Assembly: GCF_000143415.4 (NCBI RefSeq) | Contig: NW_003314365.1 | Location: 447,181-511,180 of the forward strand | DNA from: Selaginella moellendorffii | Taxonomy: Eukaryota > Plantae > Lycopodiophyta | Direction: 5' to 3' | Length of the DNA stretch: 64,000 bases | Shown: positions 13,881 through 25,518 of the stretch, piece by piece | Layout of the letters: the number at the start of each line of letters is the position of its first letter | How positions within the stretch are numbered: the stretch's first letter is position 1 | Position numbers and translations under genes: made by a program | The notes under the pieces: generated by a model | What the model saw: only the letters and a program-made list of their open reading frames with translations | The model's database searches: none | Told to the model about the DNA's origin: nothing

Positions 13881-15667
13881 AATCCCTAGGCCCCAAAGTG
13901 GAGCTGGAAAGGGTGCCACGTGGTAGTGGCCAAAGCGAAAGCCAAACGAGCGTAACATGTTTGGACTAAAAGCTCCGACTTGGAAGGTCGAGAGCGGGAG
14001 TGGAACTCCCAACAAAGTGCTCGAGGAACAAGCACAAAGCGAGCAATAAGTGAGACTCTAAAAAGGGACCCAAAAGGACCAACACATGACACGTGGAAGT
14101 GTCCGAGATGGACCGAGACGGAGTCCGAGATGGAGTCCGAGGTGGAGTCCGAGGGGGAGTCCGAGATGGAGTCCGAGATGGAGTCCGAAGTGGAGTCCGA
14201 GATGGAGTCCAAAGTGGAGTCCGAGATGGACCGAGACAGAGTCCGAGATGGAGTCCGAGATGGAGTCCGAGACGGAGTCCGAGATGGAGTCCGAGACGGA
14301 GTCCGAGATGGAGTCCGAGATGGACCGAGATGGAGTCCGAGATGGACCGAGACAGAGTCCGAGATGGAGTCCGAGATGGAGTCCGAGACGGAGTCCGAGA
14401 TGGAGTCCGAGACGGAGTCCGAGATGGACCGAGATGGAGTCCGAGATGGACCCGTGATGGAATCTGAGATGGAGTCCGAGAAGGACCTGAGATGGAGTCC
14501 GAGGTCAAGACCGAGATCGGGACCGAGACCGGGACCGAGACCGAGACCGAGACCGGGACCAGGACCGAGACCGAGACCGAGACCGAGGCAGAGGCCGAGA
14601 CCGAGCTCGAGCCCGAGTCTGAGTCCGAGTCCGAGTCCGAGTCCGAGTCCGAGTCCGAGTCTGAGTCTGAGAGGGTGAAAGCCCAAAGCGTTCGTCTCCC
14701 AGACCCTGGGGGGTTTGGTGAGCTCCAAAAGTATAGTAAGGGGGAGGACTGCAGTGGAGCCAGTTTTTCTAGGAAAGGCCAATTTAGGCCCAGGAAGGCC
14801 AGACCCAGTGTTGGGTGATGAGCTGACCACTGGGAAGTCCAAGACTAGAGTGAATATGGACCGACAAGCGGGGTAGCTTGGTGAAGTGTTCAAGAGCCGG
14901 CTCTAGTTCCCCCGGGAGATCGACTGGCCGATGCTCCCAATCCAAGTGTGGGTGGCACTACCTACTTGGATACATGGTGTGGCTCAAGGGAACCTCACTC
15001 TAAGCCCATGGCTAGAGCACCTAAAGGCAGAAGGCGGGGAGAGTACCCATGAGGCCCGCGTAGGGCCACGGTGTTCCGAAATGTTGTCCCAAAGTCCCAG
15101 ACTGTGGAAAGGAAGAGGAGTAGTCCTCTGGAGTAGAGATCAAGGATACAGTCGTGTGGTGAGGAAGTCCCAGAGGACCGTGGGACTTAGTGGTCGGGCC
15201 TGTGGGCCTCGATCCAATGGCAGTGTTGGCAAACACGGCCTTGAGCAGAAAGGGACTTGGTGGGGACCGGAAAGGGGATATTGGGGAAGGCTATTCCCCA
15301 TGTCTGGGGGCATCCTAAGGATGCTAAGGAGTGGATCTGGGATGATCACTCATGGACGGATGGCTCAGTCTTGGAGAGACGGGATTGCAATGCAGGTGGT
15401 GTTAGGCCACCGATGTGACCAAGGTGAATGAGCGTGGCCTAGCGTAACGGGCTCATATATCGGTGGTACCTTGGGGTGTCGGTCATGGGATCGGACACAT
15501 GGAGCATTTGGACTAGGTGCAATGTTTGAGTGGCATGGGTGCCATTCTCAGGGCTAGCAAGCCCCAAGTCCTGAATGGGACTTATGGAGGTTGTGAATGA
15601 GACTCCTCCAAGTGGTCGGAGGTGTGGTTAAGTGACTAAAGTAGAATGGAAAATTTAGTCGCTTACA
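13878..15667 (+). mobile_element. Solo LTR of the LARD-like family lacking its first ~9 bp
   Basis: Collinear with LTR 39872-41622. Starts caaaatccctagg (normal start tgtgagacacaaaatccctagg) and ends ttagtcgcttaca. Confidence 0.9.
14105..14672 (+). repeat. LTR-internal minisatellite: (GAGATGGAGTCC)n, then (GAGACC)n, then (GAGTCC)n
   Basis: Directly visible. Recurs with variable copy number at ~20540-20960, 26790-27260, 38040-38320, 40110-40625, 45950-46480, 47905-48860 and 51820-52110. Confidence 0.95.
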
Positions 15668-18600
15668 AGATCGTGTAATATTGTGATGGCAAGAGTAGCG
15701 GCAAAGAGCATGGTAGTTCCATGCTAAAACCTACAATGAAAAGAGGCAATCAATTTAAAATATGCAAACTAAGGAAATGCAAACCTTTTGGATTTAGCCA
15801 CTTGCTCCTTTTGTTTCGACTGGGATGTTTAAGAGTAGGTAGCCTGATGCAAACTCAACCAATCTAGAGTCATCATTCTCCACCATCGGTTCAAGAAGAC
15901 CTCCCCAAAATAAAGAATGGGGAAGACTACCTAGCATAATGCCCTTATATCACAACACCTTGGATGCCACATCCACCACTTGAGAAATATGATCTGGTCA
16001 AAGGATGTTCCAGGATGGAGTGTCACCTTGTAAAGGTGGTAACCCATCAGGCAAGTCAAATAATGCAAGGTCGATGCTGAAAGTATTGTTCATTCCCAAT
16101 CCTTGCATCCATTGATGGAACATAAAAGACTCTCAACTCACATTGTTGGAAAGCTGAAAGTAGTCCCCAATAACTATTTCCACGTTGCCAACACTTCCCA
16201 TAGGAGAAAGAGGGTGAACCTGAATAGCATTTAAAACCAGGAAATATTAAAGTTAATACATGTTTTTTTTCATACCTGTTTATGTGAAGCTTATGAAGAT
16301 AACTCTTGGAGGTCATCCTCTATAGTAGTGGGGAGGGATGGAAAGAATGCATTTGTATATCGGCATATAGAGTGCTGGCTGGTTTCTCTAACATCTACAA
16401 CTAAATTACAATAAGCAAGATCATTGGAAATCAAGTTCTTACTCTCTTGGATGTCCTCACTATGGAGCTGCCTTCGTACATTTTGAGTAGTCGGGGCTGG
16501 ACGAGGAACAACAGTAGGATCTAGGGAATGAGCAATTGCTGTAGGATGAGATGGGGCAGGAGAGTTTTCAGTCGAGTTCCCCACTTGTTTATCTTTGGTC
16601 TGCTCAATATAAATCTCATCCTTGTCCTAAGGCATCTCCACTCCCTCCAAAAGTGCCTCTACAGTAAAGTAGAAACATAAGTTACTATTAGGAAGTTTTA
16701 CTCATTAAACCTAGATGACACTCAAGGTAGAGATCAAGCTCAAAAGGTGACAATGGCATTTGCCTCCACAACTCCAAGTACCATGGATACAATTCTTGCT
16801 CCCGCGCAGTGGGATAGTGGAACTTTGGCTCATACATGCCAAGTTTCTTCCCACCAGTTAAGAGCTTGAGAAAAACACCTGTTGTATACACTAGAGCACC
16901 TGGGCAATGATTTAAATACCTACAAAAGAGCCATGATTAAATAAGCAAGTCAAGTTCTTCCAATATACCTATATGCCATGTGGCATGAGAAAAATGGTTG
17001 GCCTGGCTGGTTCTTGAAATCCATAGAGCTTGAGATGCCATCAGGAAGCCATCCATCCCCAAGCTCTTGAAGGGAAGCTCAGACATATTCTGGAAGTATT
17101 ATCATAGTGTGGGCACTAGTAAGGAACTTCGTATCCCATGCTTGAAGTAGCTCCTCAATAACCACAATACTCTGAGTGATATAGAGCTTCTCCTTCATCA
17201 CATTCTCAAGTTTGCTCTCCAACCTTTTATCATTGTTACGATGCCAAGTGTTGAGGAGCTCCAAGCAAGAGGTTTGTTTGTTAAAGGAGAGCTTGCTTTT
17301 TGCGATGTTATAGATCAATTCTTTAGGTGCTTTACCATTTCCTATAAGGACAAGGATTTCAAAGGGGAATGAGAAAGATAAAAGGGACTAACTTATTGTC
17401 AGAAGAGCATATCTCTACAATGCAATCTAGCCAATCTTTATTGCGTCGAATATCTGCAATTGCAAGTAGCTTCTTCACCTTTGATTTCTTCGAGTTCAAA
17501 ATGTGCTACTCAATTTGTTGCAGTTGAGGTTCTTTTGCACCTCATCCATCACTTGCGTAATCTTCAAATATGAGTTTTGCTTCACCTTGACAATTGGCTA
17601 AAAGGGAAATTTGTGAGTAAAAAATGCAAGTTCATGCAAGAAAAGGATACCTTTGCCTAAACCGCAACCAAAAAATCTATAGGCACTTGATACCAAGTAA
17701 GCAACTCTTGGCCTACAAGCTTTGCTTGAACTAGTTCCATAACCTCATGACTATATAGCATTTGGATTTCCTCGATAGAAAGCATGCCAACATTTCGAAG
17801 GTGCTCAATATCATGGACCAAGGTATGTGCTTGGAAAGCAAACTGATTAAGCCTGTAACATAGTTGGTGAGAGCAAAGGATACTAGTAAAAGATTCTTAC
17901 ATGTTGATTTTGTGACATGCCAAGTTGAGCCTCATAGCTTGGTTTCGATCCTGTGGCTCCACAAGTGTCACTGGAACACAAATATGTCACTCTTCATCAT
18001 CCTAGAACTTCTCTTGAATACACCTCTAAACCACTAGCCACCGGTGGTTTCCATCAATAATGAAGAACATCCAACCTACAAAGGCTTGTGTCTCCTTGTG
18101 GCATGCCATCAAAGTATCAAACTCCTGAGATTTCCTTTGCCATATTTGATCCCAAGTCTGCTCAATCTCGGCAGTAACCATGTCTATGGAATTTTTTCCG
18201 GACAATGATGACGACACAATAAATGATCCAGCAGTGTGCCCGATTCCAATCTTTGTGAAAGAGGTATAAATAGCCATGTTGAGGTCATAGGCTGAGCGCA
18301 CCCAGTGACTCTACTTAAGATGGCAAAGTGGAATCTGAAGATGTTGGGATCCTTTCTAAGCCATTTCACCTAACACCCTGCTGATAGTTTGTTCTTGAGC
18401 CTGGATAATAGTTTCGTGTATTCGCTCATTCAAGATCGTGTCGGCCTCTAGTATAGTTACCACCTCATTTTTGTGACCATCAAGAGCAGTAGCATATCTG
18501 CCATTTCCACCACCAACATTTGCCCCACCACCTATAGCACTAGGTGCCTCATTTCTGCCACCAAGTTCTGCCCCACCACCTATGGCACTACCACCAGCAG

Positions 18601-18926
18601 CTTCTCTTGTGCTACATATAGGTTCTGCATTTCCACGCTCTCTAGAACCATTTGGCTCCTACATGCTAACACTTGGATCAGAATCAACCATTACTTGGAT
18701 CTGGGCACCACTGCTCCCACTATGGTCTTCCTCCGAAGTAGCGCTTTGAACTTGTCAGGTGTCCCTAGGTGAATCTAGCACAACGATCTAGTCGTTTTCC
18801 TAAAGAACGGGTCCATTGAGGTTGACTGACATGCTTCTTTTGTTGTGGAATGATTTATATGTTGGCATGAAAATGACAAATAAACTTGAGTAAAAATTAA
18901 AAAAAAGTTTTGAATAAGAAAAAAAG

Positions 18927-19467
18927 TAGCTCCCTTCGTGCTGGGAAGATTGGTTTGGTGGTGAACCAATCTTTTAGTGCCAAGAAAAGTAAAAAAGAAA
19001 GAAAAGGAACAGCACTGAGAAGATCAGTTCAACACCAAACTAATCCTCTAGCGTTGAGAGAACAAAAAAAAAGAAAAAATGAAGCAGTTCCCTTGGCATT
19101 GGAAGATCCATTTGTTGCCGAACCGATCTTCTCAGTGCCAAGGGAACGAAAAAAGAAAAAAAGAAGAAATTCCCTTAGCACTGGAAGATCAATTTGTCAC
19201 TGACTTGATCTTCTCAGTGCCAAGGGAACAAAAAAAGGAAAAAAGAAGCAATTCCCTTGGCACTGGAAGATTGGTTTGTCGCCGAACCAATCTTCTCAGT
19301 GCCAAGGGAACAAAAAAAAGAAAAAAAGAAGCAGTTCCCTTGGCATTGGGAAGATCGGTTTGTCACCAAACCGATCTTATAGCACCAAGGCAATGACAAG
19401 AAAAAAAAACCCAGAATCTGATGAGCTAGGAAGATCAGTTCACTGCCAAACCGATCATTCCAACGCG
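18927..19467. repeat. Tandem array of 6-7 ~60 bp hairpins separated by A-rich spacers (period ~82 bp)
   Basis: Unit ~gttcccttggcactggaagatcggtttgtcgccgaaccgatcttctcagtgccaagggaac, spacer ~aaaaaaagaaaaaaagaagca. Confidence 0.9.
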
Positions 19468-19546
19468 AAGTAGCCATGAGGCGCAAGTTACTCACAAGCT
19501 AGAAACAAAAGATGGGGAGATAGAAAAGCAGTAAAGTGAGGCATAC

Positions 19547-21195
19547 CTTGGTCACACCGGTGGTCCAACACCACCTACATCATAGTCCCGTCTCTGGGCC
19601 ATCCATGAGTGATCATCCCAGATACACTCCTTAGCATCCTTAGGATGCACGCAAACATGGGGTACAGACTTCCCCAATATCCCTTTTTGTAAGCTCTTGA
19701 GTTTGGGCTTCCCAGGAGGTCACCCAGCCCAGTACTATTCAAACCCAAGGACACTTAACCCCAAGTATCCCAAAACCCTTAACTGATTGGAACAGAGGGT
19801 GCACTCATATTCATAGGCCCTTTCCCTTTATAGCCGGGGCTTACAATTTGGTATCGGAGTTATTCCTCAACTAACCCGGCCCTTTCCCTCTTAAGTTGTT
19901 CTCTTTGCTTGCTTACACTTTTACAGTCCCCACCAAGTCCCTTTTCTATCCATGGCTATGTTTGCCAACACTGCCACTAGGACAAGGCCCTCAGGCCCAA
20001 CCACTAAGTCCCAATGTCCTCTAGAACTTCCTCACCATGTGACCGTATCCTTAGTCACTACACTAGAGGACTGTCCTCTTCCTTTCCACAGTGTTGGACT
20101 TTGAGACAACATTTCGGAACACCGTGGCTCTATACAAGCTTCATGGGTACCCTCCCCGCCTTCCACCTTTGGGTGCTCTAGCCATGGGCTTAGAGCGAGG
20201 TTCTGTTGAGCCACACTAGGTATCCAAATAGGTAGTGCCACCCATGCTTGGATTGGGAGCATTGACAATTCGATCTCCCGGGGGAACTAAAGCTAGCTCT
20301 TGAACACTTCACCAAGTTACCCCACTTGTCGGTCCATATTCACTCTAGCCTTGGACTTCCCAATGGTTATCTCATCACCCAACACCTGGGTATAGTCTTC
20401 TTGGGCCAAACTGGCTCCACTAGGATCCAACCCCCACACTCTCCCTACTATACTTTTGGAACCCCCTACAGCCCCCGCCCCCCCCTGAGGGGGGACGATC
20501 ACTTTGGGCTTTCACCCAACAGTCTGTATTAGTATTCAGACTCGGAATTGGACTCAGACTTAGACTCGGACTCAATCTCAGTCTCGGACTTGGACTCAGT
20601 CTCAGTCTCGGACTTGGACTCGATCTCAGTTCCATCTCAAACTCCATCTCGGGTCCATCTCTCCATCTCGGGTCCCACCACCCATTAACAAAGTTTGATA
20701 TCCTTATCGAACGGTAAACCATTTTATAAAGTAACATCTATATGTATATACCCTTTCCATCCTTGGCATTCAGCCAATATTTCAATATTTTCCATCTTGG
20801 ACTCCATCTCATACTCTATCTCTGGTCCATCTCAAACTCTATCTCGGGTCCATCTTGGACTCCATCTCGGGTCCATCTCGGACTTTATCTCGGACTCTAT
20901 CTGGGGTCCATCTCGGGTCCATCTCGAACTCCATCTCAAGTCCATCTCGGACTCCATCTCGGACACTTCCACGTGTCATGTGTTGGTGCTCTTATGTCCC
21001 TTTTCTAGAGACTCAGTTATTTCTCGCTTCGTGCTTGTTCCTTGAGCACTTCGTTGGGAGTTTCACTCCTACTCTCAACTTTTCAAATTAGAGCTTTTAG
21101 TCCAAACATGTTATGCTTGTTTGGCTTTTGCTTCGGCCACTACCACGTGGCACCCTTTCGGCTCCACTTTGGGGCTTAGGGATTTGTGTCTCACA
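19547..21195 (-). mobile_element. Partial, rearranged LTR of the LARD-like family
   Basis: Reverse complement of the LTR, ending gatttgtgtctcaca at 21195. Contains a displaced PPT-region piece (~20675-20785) and a Cassandra-like solo LTR. Confidence 0.85.
19688..19917 (-). mobile_element. Chimeric Cassandra-like solo LTR
   Basis: tgtaag...cttaca termini, 5 bp TSD ctttt (19683-19687 / 19918-19922), 5S-like segment, plus ~50 bp of foreign insert. Confidence 0.8.
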
Positions 21196-22221
21196 CAAGG
21201 AAAAGAAAAGTGTCCCTCTATAAAGCTACACTCTCCGACCTCACTAGATCTCTTGAATAGTCATCAAAAGCTTTAGTTGCACAAGAAGCAAAGTTTGTTA
21301 GTACAGGTCCAAACTTAGACAAGCTTTGAGAGTGGGTTGGTAGAAAGACAACACCAGCAATAGGGCTAATATCTAAGATGGTGGAGGAAATTGTTACTAG
21401 AATTCCTATTCAATGAAGATCAAGATCTAGGGGTAAAGGGCCACTAGTCAAGTTGGATTTACTGTTGTGGAACTGATGTTACTCATACAAAAAGGATCTA
21501 CAACTCAATTATCTCGAAGCCAAATTTTGTGCTAGAGGAGTGGCCAATTGAGCGAAGTTGCAATCTTTTGAAAGAAGAGATTGAAAGTCTGGAGAGAGCT
21601 AGTTTTAAGCTAAAGACTTCCTCAAATGTTTCTAGTGATACTACTATGCCACCAATGTCAACACTAGACCAGCATACATGACCAGCTAGAAATGGGAAGG
21701 CTGTACAATATAGGTCTTCTATTTCAAAAGGTGCATAAGAGAAGATCAAGCTGGCAAAGATGTTGAAATGCACAATCACAAGGATAAACTACATCAGTGC
21801 CGTAGCTAAGGAGTTTGTTGTTGTGTCTAAGTCGTCAAAGGGTACAAGCTACACTATCAGAATCTATGAAAATCCATCTTATACCTGTCCAGATTTTACA
21901 CAAAGGGAGAGCAGGGGAAAGGTATATTTAGCCTGCAAGCACATCTATTACATTTTTATGCAAGAACCAAAAGATCCTAAGGTCGACCATCACATTCATC
22001 AGGCAAGCCTTACAATTGCAGAGCTTGAGAAGTGTTTCTAGATTGCTTTTAGTGTTCAGATCTATATTTATATTTGTATTTTATTGGTCAAATTTACTTG
22101 GAAATATAGATTAAATCAAAATGTGAAAAATGAAAAGATGTTAGTTCGGGATGAACCAATGTTTTTCTTGTGTTTGAGAAGTTGTAAGCTCAGCTCAAGA
22201 GCTCATGAGCTCAAAACCTAC
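21196..22221 (+). pseudogene. 3' fragment of a MULE-like transposase with SWIM zinc finger
   Basis: YTIRIYENPSYTCPDF...ACKHIYYIF in ORF 21760-22041. Paralogous to 36840-37640 on the - strand. Confidence 0.7.
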
Positions 22222-22229
22222 CCAAGCTC

Positions 22230-23520
22230 TATTTTCAGCCACAAAATTATCTAAAGCACCTGTATTAATAAGGATTTTAACAAAACTACCTTTGAGCTTC
22301 CCTCAAAGGGCTAGTAGATGTCACAAATGACTCTCTACTAAAATTGCTCAAGTAATGAGTAACTTTGAGCTATAGACTAGATCACGTACCTCAATTTAAA
22401 CTTCACCAAACTTTATGGCCATATTGACTCTAGCCTTCTTTGGGTAGAGACAATCTCTTGAGAAGTGTCCCACTTCACCACAATTGTAGCATATATTGTT
22501 TCCCATACTACTAGCAGACTTCACCTTTTTATTAGTGGGTTTGTCCCTTTTCGCCTAACTCCTCTATATACTTGCTCACTAGCCACTAGACTTGCCTTTC
22601 CAAAACCCTAAGGACTCAAACTCTTCCTAAATTCCCCTTTGTTATATGTCCCCCTTGGGTTGGCTCCTTTACTAAATATGGACCTCATATTTCCTTTTCA
22701 AAGGTTATCATTGAAATGCACATTAATAAATGCATACAATGCTTCCTTGTAGTTGGTTAAGTTCTAACACATCACCTTGCCCCGAGCCTACGTCTGTAAG
22801 CCTGATATGAAGGCATGGAACACATCCATGTTGCCTATGTCTATGACAAGGATCCTTTTGGCTATAAACATATTCACATACTCTTGAATGGTTTCTATCT
22901 GCTTTAGCCTACTCAATTCATCCCTTAGATATAGAGAAGCATTCAAAGAGACATAAGTTATATAAATCCTCAACTTCATCACTTCCCAAGTAGCCATCAA
23001 TCCTTCATTGGCCTTCGTTATTCTCCACCAAGACTTAACGTTATCTGCTAAGTATGGTTTTACGCATGGGACCTTTTTTGAGTTGGGTAATTGCAATGTT
23101 TAGAAGTAATCCTCTATATCATAAAACTAATCCTCTACCACCTTATAGTCATTCACTCCCTTGAAGATTGGTGAGGACTTTGGTTTGTACTTGGGAACTA
23201 CTTAAAGGACTGATTCTACTTTGGTTTGTTCAACCTTATTTGGTTCTACCTCAGTCCCCACCAAAGGGTTTATGCCTTTTGCACTGCCAATATTTACAGT
23301 GTTTTGTATTTTCTTTTATTTCTTGTCATGCTTTAGCTTACATATAAGGGTCTCTAACAAGGTATTGATTTGTGTTAGTGAGTAAAGTTCCAAACATGAG
23401 TCCAATGGTGAGGTTTGGTCGTCCAAGGCTCGATTGAACATTTTAGAAGGACAACTAGAGCCCTCCTCATGCAAAGATTCCTCATCTATAACTTATTGTT
23501 TGACTCGAGGTTCCATCTTT
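22230..23520 (-). pseudogene. gag: Ty3/gypsy gag remnant
   Basis: YLADNVKSWW...TWEVMK...LRDELSRLKQ...IQEYVNMF (ORF 22788-23096) and CCHC knuckle CYNCGEVGHFSRDC at ~22451-22492. Several stops. Confidence 0.8.
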
Positions 23521-23569
23521 AGAGGAGGTTAAGTCATCATCTATGTGCTGTTATCTTCAAAGACGTAGG

Positions 23570-24164
23570 TGTAAACTCCTGAGTTTGGACTTCCCGGGAG
23601 GTCACCCAGCCCAGTACTATTCAAACCCAAGGACGCTTAACCCCAAATATCCCAAGACCCTTAACCGTTTGGAAAAGGGGGTGCACTCTTGTTCATGGGC
23701 CCTTTCCCTCTATATTTGAACCCCATGGATCGTCTCTCAAGTCGTTCCCTTTTGGTTGCTTACAATCCACCACGCTTCCCTGCAAGTTCACGCCCTCGTG
23801 AATGGAAGCTGAGAGCCGCAGCTCTCCCGAGAGCCTCGCTCTCTTGACACCCTACCCCTCGGGTCGAGCCCAGTGGGAGCAAACTGGACCAGCCAGATGT
23901 CAATCAACATGTGGTGCGATTCCCTTAGCCAACCAACAAAGTCGGACCCGAGACCCCTCTGATACCAAATGTAAGCTCCTGAGTTTGGACTTCCCGGGAG
24001 GTCACCCAGCCCAGTACTATTCAAACCCAAGGACGCTTAACTCCAACTATCCCAAGACCCTTGACCGATTGGAAAAGGGGGTGCACTCTTATTCATGGGC
24101 CCTTTCCCTCTATATTTGAACCCCAACGGATCGTCTCTCGAGTCATTCCCTTTGGTTGCTTACA
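23570..24164 (-). mobile_element. Complete Cassandra-like TRIM
   Basis: LTRs 23570-23764 and 23970-24164, Met-i PBS (rc of ctctgatacca), PPT, TSD gtagg, 5S-like segment in each LTR. Confidence 0.95.
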
Positions 24165-24309
24165 GTAGGCAATAACAGCATCAATGCAGGGAAGAATGCT
24201 GTATCCGCCATAAGGGTGTAAGTTTTGGAAAGCACTGTCATAGTTGCTCAAGAAAGAGAAAGAGATTGAAAAACAATATAGGAAAAACTCATGCATATGT
24301 ACCATCATG

Positions 24310-25245
24310 TTTTACAATGTTCATTGTATACAAGGTTAAATTTATCTAAATTTTGCTACTATTTGTATCCAGAGAAATGCACAATAATGCAAGTGTTGGG
24401 GAAGATAGGATCTTTATTTAATTGTCATTAAATTTGAATTTGATTTTTTTTACATTTATATAATAATAATATAATCTAACATAGAAAATAAATCATTGTA
24501 TAAATATTGAGACAAACAATGAAACTCATGTAAAGCTGCTGGTAGATTACAATAAGATTATGAGCAAGAAGACTAATTGAAAATACAAAAGGGTTTTTTA
24601 TTTTTGAGATATTATTAAAAAATGAATTTGATATTTTTATATGTATGAGATCACTTATACCATATTAGATAGCATGTCATATATGAGACATGAATACATA
24701 ATTTTATCATAAAGCATTAGTACAGATTTTTCTTAATGCAGACATTATATCTCTCATATAATTATTATCTTTGGATGTACCTCTTTTCAACACCTCTAAT
24801 GTAGTGTGAATATCTAGATAGATTTACTTATGTCTATTTTTAAATGTAAAACCAGACATATAATAAATATTCTATTATACTTTAGAAAACTATGAAAGTT
24901 AGAGGCATCATTAGAGTTGAGATAAAATAAATTTAGGTCAGTATGCAATTAAATTTATAATTTCTCCAAACTAACTTATTATTTTTTGGTAGTCTATAAT
25001 TCTTCAGTTTTTTGAACTCAATTACTTTTAAAGCATGGCAGCAATCTTGTTTATGTTTTTAGGGTTTTGTACCTTTCAATAAAAAATTCAAATTCAAATT
25101 TAATAATGATTAAAAATGACCTTATTTTCCCCAACACTTGCATTATTATCTAATTGCATTATTATGCATTTCTCTGGAGATAAATAATAGTAAAATTTAT
25201 ATAAATTTAACCTTGAATACAATCAAAATTTCTAACATTGTAAAA
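24310..25245. mobile_element. AT-rich element with ~140-160 bp imperfect inverted repeats (non-autonomous DNA transposon or foldback remnant)
   Basis: 24310-24450 (ttttacaatgtt...aaatttgaatttgattttttt) is inversely matched by 25081-25245. No TSD found. Confidence 0.6.
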
Positions 25246-25497
25246 TTAGAAAAAAAGATCTATTTATCTTGGGTATGCTATATCTCCTAGCAGAGCTGGG
25301 ATCTCTGCTAGTACTTATATATTTAAACGAAAGAGCCGGTATAATAATAGCATATACTGGGGACACTTATTCTAAGCATATCCCAAAATCTAACAGTTGA
25401 GATTAAATAATGGAAAGTCATGACTTTTGGGATCATAAAAAATTTCAAATGGCTTTTAGGGCAGGGAGGAAAGCGACGAGCGTTGGTAGCGGGAAGG

Positions 25498-25518
25498 CTC
25501 TCTCTCTCTCTCTCTCTC
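25498..25518 (+). repeat. (CT)10 microsatellite
   Basis: Directly visible. Confidence 0.9.

Larger units (their letters stand above)
13411..18832 (-). pseudogene. Spliced pseudogene: disordered N-terminus + ParB-like domain + beta-class N6-adenine/N4-cytosine DNA methyltransferase-like domain
   Basis: Manual translation through stops. ATG at 18832; IPLCHLK..VR..GSFIVS..MFFIIDGNHR (IIDGNHR at 18041-18061); SIDLALFDLPDG (~16043-16078, motif IV-like); VASKVL*YKGIML; SPKAMQILLELFCPHNGIMLDAIAGFG..VFALEKE (motif X/I/II-like, DAIAGFG at 13510-13530); TGA at 13411. Short GT-AG introns, many premature stops, interrupted by a solo LTR. Confidence 0.7.

Noticed and set aside
13886-14893. Long low-complexity ORFs (MESE, SPRW, LGLG, RPRP) here and in every LTR copy
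   Set aside because: By-products of 6/12 bp tandem repeats that are open in most frames; not conserved in frame between copies.
1880-18832. Functional link between the MTase-like gene and the nearby sperm gene RIB43A
   Set aside because: They are 10 kb apart across TE debris and the MTase copy is dead; proximity alone is not evidence.
18927-19467. CRISPR-like appearance of the hairpin array
   Set aside because: Spacers are near-identical A-rich tracts, repeats are ~60 bp, there are no cas genes, and the context is eukaryotic.
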